Assembly (NCBI GenBank): GCA_965229245.1
Contig: CBDDIW010000003.1
Location: forward strand, 849,834 to 913,833
From: Verrucomicrobiales bacterium
GTDB taxonomy: Bacteria > Verrucomicrobiota > Verrucomicrobiia > Verrucomicrobiales > V1-33
Length of the DNA stretch: 64,000 nucleotides
Direction: 5' to 3'
Shown here: piece by piece, positions 18,247 to 26,919 of the stretch
How positions within the stretch are numbered: position 1 is the first letter of the stretch
How the letters are laid out: each line of letters starts with the position of its first letter
The notes under the pieces: model-generated
What the model was told of the DNA's origin: nothing
Seen by the model: only the letters and a program-made list of their open reading frames with translations
Database searches by the model: none
Translations under genes and position numbers: made by a program

Positions 18247-19722
18247 ATGAGCAAGTCCTCTAAATCCCCGTCAGACGCCCCGTCCAAGAGTGATTTCACG
18301 CGCCGCCGCTTTTTGCGGAGCAGTGCCGTCACCGTCTCCGCGCTGAGCTACAGCCGCATCGCCGCCCGCGCCGCCGGGCGGGAACCTTCGGACGCCCTGA
18401 ACGTCGGCATCGTGGGGCTCGGCACCCAGGCCATGTCCGCCCTGGTGCCTGCCATGGCCGGTATCCCCGGCATTCGTTATGCCGCCATTTGCGATATCTG
18501 GAAGCTGAAGCGCCGTCAGGCCATGTCTTCGCTGGATGGCGCGAGGACCGGCATCCAGGATTTCGGCGATTTCGACGAGATGCTGGACAAAGTGAAGGAG
18601 CTGGACTGCGTGATCGTGGCCACCCCGGACTGGATGCACGCGCCGTTTTCCCGGAAGGCTCTGGAGGCGGGCAAGGCGGTGTATTGCGAAAAGATGATGT
18701 CCAATACCCTGGAGGCGGCGTCGGACATGGTGCGCGCGCAGCGCCAGACCGGAAAACTCCTTCAGATCGGTCACCAGCGCCGCAGCAATCCCCGCTACGT
18801 TTTCATGCGGGACAAGCTCATCCGTGAAAAGCATCTGCTGGGGAAGATCACCCACCTCTACGGGCAGTGGAACCGGTCCGTGAAACGGCCCAACACGCCG
18901 AACGTGACCGGGGACGACAAGGCGAAGATCCTTGCCGCCGGTTACGAGGACATTCAGGCTTACGCCAACTGGCGCTGGTTCAAGAAATACGGCGGCGGTC
19001 CCATCTCGGACCTTGGCGCGCACCAGATTGACGTGTTCAACTGGCTTCTCGGCACCACGCCAAAGGCCCTGACCGCCTGCGGCGGCACGGATTTTTATAA
19101 GAACTACGAAGTGGAGGATGGCAGTCTTTTTACCGCGGAGCACCTCGACAACGCGGTTCTGGTGTTCGAATACGACGTGCCCGGCCACGGACTGGTGCGC
19201 GTGATTTACCAGGTGCTCACCACCACGGGCTCGCAGAACTATTACGAGAAGATCATGGGCGTGGAAGGCACGATCGTGATTTCCGAGCAGCCGGTTTACA
19301 ATCAGGTTTACCGCGAAAAGGACACCACCGCCGGCAAGGAAGGTGCCTGGGAGTCCCTCGTGCCCCAGGGATACCTCCGCAAGCCCCCGGCGACGGTGTA
19401 TAACAAGTTTTGGGAGCGTCCGAAACTCTGGAACCGGCCCGATCCCTTCCTGGCGAAGGAAGGCGTGCAGGACGTCCGGGTTTCCGTTCCGGCGGACCCC
19501 TACGAACTCCCGGCGATGCCGAAGTATCTGGACGAGAAGAAGCCCCACCAGTTCCACTTGGAGAACTTCTTCCACACCGTGCGCACCGGTGGCAAGCAGG
19601 AGGATCTGAACTGCCCGGTGGCCGAGGCCTTCAAGTGCGCCCGCGCCGTGCTCGCCGTGAATGATGCCGTGAAGGCGCAAAAGCGGATCGAGTTCAAACC
19701 CGAAGATTTTATCGTTTCCTGA
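18247..19722 (+). CDS. Gfo/Idh/MocA-family oxidoreductase with Tat-type signal
   Basis: Twin-arginine motif TRRRFLRSSAV. Rossmann segment VGIVGLGTQA and a CEKMMS motif typical of the family. Confidence 0.88.
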   Translation: MSKSSKSPSDAPSKSDFTRRRFLRSSAVTVSALSYSRIAARAAGREPSDALNVGIVGLGTQAMSALVPAMAGIPGIRYAAICDIWKLKRRQAMSSLDGARTGIQDFGDFDEMLDKVKELDCVIVATPDWMHAPFSRKALEAGKAVYCEKMMSNTLEAASDMVRAQRQTGKLLQIGHQRRSNPRYVFMRDKLIREKHLLGKITHLYGQWNRSVKRPNTPNVTGDDKAKILAAGYEDIQAYANWRWFKKYGGGPISDLGAHQIDVFNWLLGTTPKALTACGGTDFYKNYEVEDGSLFTAEHLDNAVLVFEYDVPGHGLVRVIYQVLTTTGSQNYYEKIMGVEGTIVISEQPVYNQVYREKDTTAGKEGAWESLVPQGYLRKPPATVYNKFWERPKLWNRPDPFLAKEGVQDVRVSVPADPYELPAMPKYLDEKKPHQFHLENFFHTVRTGGKQEDLNCPVAEAFKCARAVLAVNDAVKAQKRIEFKPEDFIVS

Positions 19723-19742
19723 TTTCCGAGCCCCTAACCAAT

Positions 19743-20678
19743 ATGAAAAAACAATCCCTCGCCCGTCTCGCGGGTCTGACCGCCTCGGTCGCCGCCATTG
19801 CTCTTTCCGCCTGTGAAAAACGGGCCGTTGGTCTGGAAACCGCCACGGTGACCGCGGAGAAGACCCCCTACGAGGCGGGTTCCGCCGGGACCTCCACCCC
19901 GGCCTCCGCTTCCCCGGTGGCTCCCACGCCTTCGGTTCCGAAAGACTCCACCAAGGCTCCGGAGCAGACCCCGGTGACGCAACCCGCCGCCAAACCTGAA
20001 ATGGCGAAGCCCGCCGAAGCTCCTCCCGCGAAGGCACCGGAGGCCGTGCCGGCCACCACCACCCCGGCTCCCGCTCCGGTGGAGATCAAGGGACCGAAAA
20101 TCGCCATTCGCCCGGTGATGCCCACGGCCATGTTCATCGGCACTCCGCTCCCGGACGGCAACCCGCCTCCCAACCTCGACACTTCCAAAAAGGAAAAGCT
20201 GGAGGAACTGGTTCCGGAAGGCGTCACCCTCCTTTCCAAGGGAGCCCCCGTCACAACTTCGGATCCGGATCCGGTTGGCGCGCTGACGCTGATCACGGAT
20301 GACGACAAGCGGAGCGACGACGGTTTTTGCGTGGACCTGCTGCCGGGCAAACAATGGGTGCAGATTGACCTCGGGGAATCGAAGGAAGTCTATCTCATCT
20401 GGCTGTGGCACACTCACAAGTCCGCCGTCGTTTACAAAGACGTGATCATTCAGGTCTCGGACGATCCCGAGTTCAAGAATTCGACCATCGTTTTCAATAA
20501 CGACTACGACAATTCCTACGGCCTCGGGGTCGGCAAGGATCAGTCCTGGGTGGAGACGAACAACGGCCGCGCCATCCCGGTGGCCGGGGTGAAGGGCCGC
20601 TATGTCCGCCTGCACTCCAACGGACGGAACATCGACGACACGAATCAGTACACCGAGGTTTCGGTTTACGGAAAGTAA
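19743..20678 (+). CDS. lipoprotein with discoidin (F5/8 type C)-like domain
   Basis: Lipobox LSAC, a Pro/Ala/Thr-rich linker, then VQIDLGESKEVYLIWLWH...GRYVRLHSNG...YTEVSVYG. Confidence 0.7.
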   Translation: MKKQSLARLAGLTASVAAIALSACEKRAVGLETATVTAEKTPYEAGSAGTSTPASASPVAPTPSVPKDSTKAPEQTPVTQPAAKPEMAKPAEAPPAKAPEAVPATTTPAPAPVEIKGPKIAIRPVMPTAMFIGTPLPDGNPPPNLDTSKKEKLEELVPEGVTLLSKGAPVTTSDPDPVGALTLITDDDKRSDDGFCVDLLPGKQWVQIDLGESKEVYLIWLWHTHKSAVVYKDVIIQVSDDPEFKNSTIVFNNDYDNSYGLGVGKDQSWVETNNGRAIPVAGVKGRYVRLHSNGRNIDDTNQYTEVSVYGK

Positions 20679-20701
20679 TCCGCGATTTCCATCACTTTCA
20701 G

Positions 20702-20737
20702 GCCGCCGCCTCCCACCCGGGAGCGGCGGCTTTTTTT
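20702..20737 (+). terminator. rho-independent terminator
   Basis: Stem gccgccgc / gcggcggc followed by a T7 run, 24 nt after the stop at 20678. Confidence 0.6.
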
Positions 20738-20796
20738 ATGGAGGCCCCGCCCTCCGGGCCTTTGCAAAACGGGTCCACTTGTGACAACAAAAAACC

Positions 20797-21285
20797 ATGT
20801 CTCAAATTTTCCAGAAAGTGGCCGCCGTCTGCTGCCGTCCGGTCTCAAACGGGGATGTCATGTTCCTCCTCGTGCGCAGCCGGGGGGGCAACCGCTGGAC
20901 CTTTCCCAAGGGCACGGTGGAGCCCACGGACGTGAGCCCCGCCGCCGCTGCCGCCCGGGAGGCTCTGGAGGAGGCGGGCGCGGTGGGCGTCATCGATCCC
21001 GTGCCGCTGGGGGTTTACCGGAAGGTGGTGCCCGCGCGGAAATTCCTCCAGGCGGGGGATGAGGAGGAGGTCCAGGCCTGGCTGCATCTCTTCACCGGCA
21101 TCCGCGGGGCGGGGGAGCCGGGGAGGCGGCCCACATGGTTTCTTCATTCCCGCGCCGCGCTTGCATTTCGCGGGAACCCGGATGACGCTGTTTATCGCGA
21201 ACAACTTTGTGACATTCTCGACGCCGCAAAGGCCCGTCTCTATCCCGTCCCGCAAGCCCCTGCCGTGGAACCGCCGCCCTCATAG
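20797..21285 (+). CDS. NUDIX hydrolase
   Basis: WTFPKGTVEPTDVSPAAAAAREALEEAGAVG resembles a Nudix box. Confidence 0.8.
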   Translation: MSQIFQKVAAVCCRPVSNGDVMFLLVRSRGGNRWTFPKGTVEPTDVSPAAAAAREALEEAGAVGVIDPVPLGVYRKVVPARKFLQAGDEEEVQAWLHLFTGIRGAGEPGRRPTWFLHSRAALAFRGNPDDAVYREQLCDILDAAKARLYPVPQAPAVEPPPS

Positions 21286-21339
21286 ACCGGGGGACCTCGC
21301 GGCTCCGGGGTTTTTTCGTTCCTCCAGTGCCCATATTTC

Positions 21340-23718
21340 ATGACCACTCTCTCGATCTCCACTCCGGAAGCCGCCCCTTCCTCTTCGTGGAAGACCGGCC
21401 TGCTGCATCATGCGGCAGCCTGGGGCGCGGCTCTGTGCGCGCTCACCCCGCTTATCTACGGCTGGGTTTTTAAGTTCGCCCTTCCAGGGGCGGATATGGA
21501 TTTTGAATGGAAAGTCCGCATCTGGCCGGGGCATCTATTGATCGATTCCCTCCAGATCGTGGGCTTTGCCCTCGCGGGGCTGGTGGCGGGTGGCTGGTGG
21601 TGGTGGTCCGCTGGCTGGCAGCGGGGGCGCGCGGGCACGGCGGGCTCGCTCGGCCTGCTGGGCCTGGGGATTCTCGGGGTTTGTAATCTGCTGCCCCACA
21701 TTGTTTTCCGTCAGGGGGAACCCGGGGAATTCTTTATCCCCCCGCAGGCCATCCTGGCGGCGGGCGTGGGCGGGTATGTGCTGTGGGGACTGGTGTGTAT
21801 GTGGTTTTTCCCGCGCCGGCGGGAGACCCGGATCGGTGTTTTTCTCAAACAGCACCGGCCCTGGAACGCGATCTTTTTTGTGAGCTTTGTGCTCCTCTGC
21901 ACGGCGGGGGATGTGCTGCTCTCCGGCACCGCGCCTCCGGGATGGCTGGCGAAGACGGGCTTCATCATCGGGCGTTTTCTCACCCAGCTGGTGCTCGCGT
22001 CCTCCATCTGGATGCTGCTTTATCTTTCCTCCCGCTGGCTGCCCCGGGGCACGGAGTGGGTGGGCTGGATGGCCGTGGTGCTCACCCCGCTGCTGGTGGT
22101 GGTGGACATCGCTCTGCGGATGATGTGGACGAAGGGGATCTATCTCCTGTGCACGGAGATCGAAAACGGCGGCAAGGTGGACGTGCTGAAGATCGTGGAG
22201 GGAGGCGGGGTGAGCGTCACCCCCGGGCAGATCGCCGCCGCCGCGTTCAGCGTTTCCATCGCTCCGGCGTGGTATTTTCTCTCCCGTTACTGGTCCGGGC
22301 TGGGAGGCATGCGTTCCAGCACCCTCCGCTTTGGCGGCATCGCGCTGGTGGCATGGTTTTCCCTTTTCGGACTCCAGGCGGTGGAGGCGGGGTGCAAGAC
22401 CACGCGCTGGCGTCTCTGGGAGAGCCGGGAGTGTTCCCTGCAGCTCACTCCCTTCGCGCCCCCTCCCGGGCTGGCCACCTTCACGGTGACGGCCACGGAC
22501 CCCGTGCTCTCCGGTCCTGGCGACTACTCGCGGAAGCCGGACATCTATTTCTTCATCGTGGAGACCATGCGGGCGGACGCCATCGCGCCGGAACGCACGC
22601 CGTTCTTCGCCCGTTGGCGGGATGAGGAGTGCCAGCAGATCCAGGAGACGCGGTCCGCGGCGAACGCCACGCACCTTTCGTGGTTTTCCATGCTGCACGG
22701 TCGTCTGCCGTATTACGAGGAGATCAACCGGGCGAAACCGGTGGCGGCTCCCGTCCTCTCCACGCTCCGCAAGGCGGGTTACCATCTGGAGTTCCGCACC
22801 TCCGGGAACATGGACTACTGCGACATGCTGCGCGGGAATTTCGGGGATGGTACCATCATGGATGTTCAGGAGCACGTGCCGGAGGGGCATCCGGACTACG
22901 GCATGAACATGGGCGAACGGGAGACCATGATGATGGAGAAATTCCAGGCCTCCGTGGATGCCTCCCGCCAGGGCGGCACCTTCCGGCTTACCGCGCTCAA
23001 TACCGCTCACTATCCCTATAAGTGGGATGAACGCTGGACGCCTCCCTACAGCGACTACGAGATGAACCCGCTCTTTCCCGTGCGGCCCTCCCCGGAGGAA
23101 GTGGAACGCGTCCGCCGCCGCTACTGGAACGCCGTGGCGTGGAATGACCACCTCATCGGGAAGTTCATCAATCACCTGAAGGAAACCGGGCGCTATGACT
23201 CCTCCATGATCATCCTCACCGGAGACCACGGCGAGGAGTTCAAGGAGCACGGAAGCTGGTTCCACTGTTCCGCCCTGAACGAGCAGCAGACCCGCGTGCC
23301 TATTCTCATCAAATGGCCGAAGGAGATGGGCCGCGGCCCGGCTTTGAAGAGCGCGAGCCATCTGGACCTCGTGCCCTCCATTCTGGAGGCCGCGGGTTAT
23401 CCGGAGACCGCCTGGCAGGGCATGCCAGGGCGCTCGCTTTACCAGGAAAAAGAGGCCACCACCATTATCAATACCTGCTACGCCGGGCAGAATGGCGAGA
23501 CCATGCTCTGGCGCCGCGATGGCTGGGAGGCCGCCTTCTCCTGGGCCCGCACCTGGGAACTCCGTCCTCCGGACCGCATCTGGCTGGAACGCCTGCACGG
23601 CCCCACCGGCCCCGTGGAGTGCCCCACCCCCGAAGCCTACGAAGCCGAGCTCCGCGCGCACTTCCCGGATGCCTTTGGACGCCTCTTCACCACCTGCGAA
23701 CGCGTGGTGGAGAAGTGA
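21340..23718 (+). CDS. membrane-anchored sulfatase-fold (LTA-synthase / phosphotransferase-like) protein
   Basis: 792 aa. The N-terminal half is multi-TM. The C-terminal half has a sulfatase-family signature (IILTGDHGEEFKEHGSWFH, RVPILIKWP). Confidence 0.8.
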   Translation: MTTLSISTPEAAPSSSWKTGLLHHAAAWGAALCALTPLIYGWVFKFALPGADMDFEWKVRIWPGHLLIDSLQIVGFALAGLVAGGWWWWSAGWQRGRAGTAGSLGLLGLGILGVCNLLPHIVFRQGEPGEFFIPPQAILAAGVGGYVLWGLVCMWFFPRRRETRIGVFLKQHRPWNAIFFVSFVLLCTAGDVLLSGTAPPGWLAKTGFIIGRFLTQLVLASSIWMLLYLSSRWLPRGTEWVGWMAVVLTPLLVVVDIALRMMWTKGIYLLCTEIENGGKVDVLKIVEGGGVSVTPGQIAAAAFSVSIAPAWYFLSRYWSGLGGMRSSTLRFGGIALVAWFSLFGLQAVEAGCKTTRWRLWESRECSLQLTPFAPPPGLATFTVTATDPVLSGPGDYSRKPDIYFFIVETMRADAIAPERTPFFARWRDEECQQIQETRSAANATHLSWFSMLHGRLPYYEEINRAKPVAAPVLSTLRKAGYHLEFRTSGNMDYCDMLRGNFGDGTIMDVQEHVPEGHPDYGMNMGERETMMMEKFQASVDASRQGGTFRLTALNTAHYPYKWDERWTPPYSDYEMNPLFPVRPSPEEVERVRRRYWNAVAWNDHLIGKFINHLKETGRYDSSMIILTGDHGEEFKEHGSWFHCSALNEQQTRVPILIKWPKEMGRGPALKSASHLDLVPSILEAAGYPETAWQGMPGRSLYQEKEATTIINTCYAGQNGETMLWRRDGWEAAFSWARTWELRPPDRIWLERLHGPTGPVECPTPEAYEAELRAHFPDAFGRLFTTCERVVEK

Positions 23719-23769
23719 TCGCTCTTCAGCCCCGGAGGGGCGCGAGAGATTAGATACGGTGTTGGAATC

Positions 23770-25140
23770 AAGGAAAAATCCAAGAGTTTCCGGCGGTTGT
23801 TTCGCGGGCGCCTGGGTTGGTCAGGCGAGGGAAGGGTTGAAGGATTCTCCGTGTTTGAGCACGCCGCAGGCCGTCTGGAAGAGTTTGCGCATGAGGGCTC
23901 CCACGATGACCATGGGTGGCTTGCCTGCCTCCCGCAGCCGGTCCCGGAAACGGGTGAGGCTGTTGGCGGTTTTGGAACGGAGAAGCACCAGGGCGGGCAT
24001 ATAGAGGGACTTGCGCAGCCTGCCGTTGCCCTGGCGGTTCATGCGGGAACGCCCGCGCACGCTGGTGCCGGACTCGCACAGAGCGGGAGTCAAACCGGCC
24101 CACGCGGCGGCGTCCCGGACGCGCTCGAAACATTCGAGGTGGGGCATTTCGGCCAGGAGGGCCATGGCGGTGGTGCGTCCGATGCCGGGAATGCTTTCGA
24201 GCAACGCGCGGCGGCGGTCGAGGTCCGCGTCGGTGGCCATGAGGGCGCGCGCGGCCTTCTCGAGATCACGCAACTCGCGTTTGTGGTGGGCGATGGCGCG
24301 TTTGATAAAGGGAGCCATGCGCGCGCAGGCGGAGGGGAGCCGGAGTTGTTCGGAGATCAAGGCGCGCTGGACATCGGCGCGCCGGCGGATGAAGGCCTGA
24401 AGGGTCTCCTGGGCGGGGGTGCGGGGCTGCCAGGCGCGGGCGGCATGGGTGCGGACATAGCGGGCGATCACGCGGGCATCAGCGGCATCGGTCTTGTTGC
24501 GGCGGCCTTCGGAACGGGCGTAGTCCTTGATCCAGCGGGGGTTGAAGAGGCTGACGAAGTGGCCGCGGCCGTGGAGGTGATGGAGGAGGGCGTTGCCGTA
24601 ATAACCGGTGGCCTCCAGCCCGGCGCGGACGCGGGGGGCCGCGTTCGCGGCCAGCCAGAGGTCCAGAGCAGCGAAGCCTTCGGGGGTGTTGTGGAAATCC
24701 GCCTCGAGGCTCCTGGCCGCGCCGGAAGGGAGCAGGCAGGCGCGAAAGGTGGCTTTGGCGACATCGATGCCCAGGACCGGCAGGCGCGCGGTTTCGCGGG
24801 AAAGCTCCGGAGAGGAGTCCGGCGGGAGGAGATCCGGAGTGTCCGCCGGCGCGGGGACGGGGGCGTCGTTGAGGGGCTGTTTGCGGCGGGAGACGGGCAT
24901 GGGGGGAAGTGGGGCTGGAAGCGGGTTTAAGGATGGGGATGGGGCACGCGGGAGAGAACGGAGGAGAGGGCCGGGAGGAGGATCATGCTTGTATTCGGGC
25001 TGTGACCGCGGTAAAAGCGGGGCGCACTTGATACGGTTCGGCCTTGAGCCGGAGTGTGCGGGAGGCAGGCCCTTTCTAACTTACGGCCTCATGGGCTATG
25101 CCGGTGTGGTCGGCCTGCCTGCCTCCCGCTCCTCCGTTTC
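23770..25140 (-). mobile_element. IS110-family insertion sequence (ends approximate)
   Basis: Transposase ORF flanked by about 50 nt (3' side) and about 240 nt (5' side) of non-coding DNA. IS110 elements lack classical terminal inverted repeats, so the ends cannot be fixed from a single copy. Confidence 0.55.
23821..24900 (-). CDS. IS110-family transposase (DEDD recombinase)
   Basis: N-terminal RuvC-like VLGIDVAKATF...LEATGYYG...KTDAADARVIA. C-terminal Transposase_20-type LESIPGIGRTTAMALLAEM...SGTSVRG. Confidence 0.93.
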   Translation of the reverse strand: MPVSRRKQPLNDAPVPAPADTPDLLPPDSSPELSRETARLPVLGIDVAKATFRACLLPSGAARSLEADFHNTPEGFAALDLWLAANAAPRVRAGLEATGYYGNALLHHLHGRGHFVSLFNPRWIKDYARSEGRRNKTDAADARVIARYVRTHAARAWQPRTPAQETLQAFIRRRADVQRALISEQLRLPSACARMAPFIKRAIAHHKRELRDLEKAARALMATDADLDRRRALLESIPGIGRTTAMALLAEMPHLECFERVRDAAAWAGLTPALCESGTSVRGRSRMNRQGNGRLRKSLYMPALVLLRSKTANSLTRFRDRLREAGKPPMVIVGALMRKLFQTACGVLKHGESFNPSLA

Positions 25141-25165
25141 CAGCCGCGGGCGGCTCAATGAGGAA

Positions 25166-25430
25166 GCGAAAATGTGTTATGCGCAACATACAAGCCGGTG
25201 GTGGAGCGCGGCACGCGCGGAACCACCGGACTGGTAACACATAACAGTGCCGCGCGCCGGAGGTGCGCGAGAAACGCTGGAGGGCTGCCCGCACGGGAAT
25301 GTCCAATGGCTGCCGGGAAAACTTCTCGCGCACCTCCGGCGCGCATGCATCTTTCCATATGCTGGTCCGGGGGGGGCGTTCGTGCCTCACTGCACCCCCG
25401 GATTGTATGTTGCGCATAACACATTTTCGC
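25166..25430. repeat. 265-bp MITE-like element with perfect 28-bp terminal inverted repeats
   Basis: gcgaaaatgtgttatgcgcaacatacaa (25166-25193) is the exact reverse complement of 25403-25430. An inner inverted repeat gcgcgccggaggtgcgcgagaa / ttctcgcgcacctccggcgcgc is also present. Confidence 0.6.
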
Positions 25431-25560
25431 TAATCTCTCCCGCCACTCCGTGGCTGAAGAGCGCGTGAGTTAGAGCGTTTGCCATGATACCATTTGGACA
25501 TGGAATCCGGTAAATTCAGACCGGGGGTTCCATACCACCTGCGAACCGCCAGCCTCACCT

Positions 25561-25831
25561 CACCGCGGAGCGGTGGCCCTTGCATAGCCCGGGGTGACGC
25601 GAGGCACGAGCGGAACCCCTGGTTCCCGAAAACACAGGATTCCACCCCGGAGGGGTGATCCTGACCGCAAAGCGATGCCCGGGAAAACAAGCATAAAACG
25701 GGCATCAGGGCGTCCGGGGGCGGCTGTCTGCCGGGGAACCGCTCCGCGGTTCATTCGTGGAGGCCCTATACCCGGGGTTCGCTCGTCCCTCGCATCACCC
25801 CGGGCTATGCAAGGGCCACCGCTCCGCGGTG
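25561..25831. repeat. long palindromic element (about 58-nt arms, about 150-nt centre)
   Basis: 25561-25619 pairs with the reverse complement of 25771-25831, with 2 mismatches and 1 indel by hand alignment. Confidence 0.6.
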
Positions 25832-25893
25832 CCAATCCATCGCGCATCCCGGAGCGGAACATCGTGCCAGGCATTTACCGGATTCCAACTCTG

Positions 25894-25975
25894 GAGCGTT
25901 TGCCATAAGTAATTTCCGGTTACACGCGTCCTCGTCAGGGAGTTCCACTCCTCCATTTCGGAAATTACTTTTAGC
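25894..25975. repeat. about 80-bp hairpin repeat, copy A
   Basis: gagcgtttgccataagtaatttccgg...cggaaattacttttagc contains an internal inverted repeat. It is about 80% identical to the reverse complement of 28904-28982. Confidence 0.6.
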
Positions 25976-26031
25976 ACTCGGTATAAATGATATTACATCA
26001 TTTTCATGCGTGAGCCCTGGCCTGGAGAGGC

Positions 26032-26793
26032 TCACCCCGGGTATTCCACTTCCACCAGAGACAGTCCATCCGGCGGGGCGGTGTGATGGGTTTTGATCCC
26101 GGCGGGGTCCGCGAGCAGGCCCTTGAGCCAGGAAATGGAGGCCCGCCCCATGGCCACGCGGACGAGGCTGCCGGTGAGCATACGGACCATCTTGTAGAGA
26201 AATCCGCTGCCGTGAAAGGTGAGGGTGAGGCAGTCGCCCTCCCGCTCCGGGCGTATGGACCACAGATGCCTCACGGTGTCCCGGTCCGCGTCCTTTCCAT
26301 CCCCGCGGTTTGCCGCGAAGCCCCGGAAATCGTGCGTGCCCTCCAGCAGGGCGCATCCCTCCGCCAGGGCCGCGAAATCCAGCCGGTGCGGCACGTGCCA
26401 GGCCAGCCCCGCCTCCAGCGGGGGAAGCACTTCCCCATTCCAGATCCGGTAACGGTAGGTCTTGCCGGAGGCGTCAAACCGGGCGTGAAACCCGGGCTCC
26501 GCCACGCGGACCTCCATGACGCGGATGCCCGGGGGAAGGTGGACATTCAGCGCCCGCCGCCAGGCCGCGGGCTCCATGCGCCAGGTATCCGGCGCTTCAA
26601 AATGCGCCACCTGACCCAGCGCATGCACGCCCGTGTCCGTGCGACCGGACCCATGGACGGCGGGCGGCGTCCCCATTTTCAGAATCCGCCACGCCGCCGC
26701 CTCCAGGTGGTCCTGCACCGTATTCCCGCCGGGCTGACTCTGCCATCCCGCGAAGGGACGTCCGTCATAGGCAATGGTCAGGCGGAGACGCAT
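26032..26793 (-). CDS. truA: tRNA pseudouridine(38-40) synthase
   Basis: MRLRLTIAYDGRPFAGWQSQ and GSGRTDTGVHALGQVAHF (catalytic Asp motif). I chose the start at the internal ATG 26793. Confidence 0.9.
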   Translation of the reverse strand: MRLRLTIAYDGRPFAGWQSQPGGNTVQDHLEAAAWRILKMGTPPAVHGSGRTDTGVHALGQVAHFEAPDTWRMEPAAWRRALNVHLPPGIRVMEVRVAEPGFHARFDASGKTYRYRIWNGEVLPPLEAGLAWHVPHRLDFAALAEGCALLEGTHDFRGFAANRGDGKDADRDTVRHLWSIRPEREGDCLTLTFHGSGFLYKMVRMLTGSLVRVAMGRASISWLKGLLADPAGIKTHHTAPPDGLSLVEVEYPG

Positions 26794-26919
26794 GGCAGGG
26801 AATCGATAAGGGAAAACGGACAATGGGGGGGGCACAAACAGAGAACTCTTATCCTCCATTCATGCCTGTTTCCCCATTCCCCGTTTTTCCATTTTTCTAT
26901 TAATCCGCGCGAAGCGCCC

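Noticed and set aside
12012-23661. Other long shadow ORFs in this span (12012-13250, 14081-15502, 15524-17029, 18271-20037 and 21535-23661, all minus strand)
   Set aside because: Each is antisense to a gene with clear motifs (tgt/yajC, secDF, the oxidoreductase, the sulfatase-fold gene). None shows a motif of its own.
25155-25424. Small ORFs on both strands starting MCYAQHT (89-aa ORF 25155-25424 on the minus strand and 81-aa ORF 25174-25419 on the plus strand)
   Set aside because: The identical N-termini arise because both read out of the 28-bp terminal inverted repeats of the MITE-like element. They are a symmetry artefact, not genes.
25970-25978. TTAGCACTC, identical to the left half of the CIRCE heat-shock operator
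   Set aside because: The required GAGTGCTAA half is not present 9 nt downstream. The site lies downstream of truA, not in the htpG promoter.
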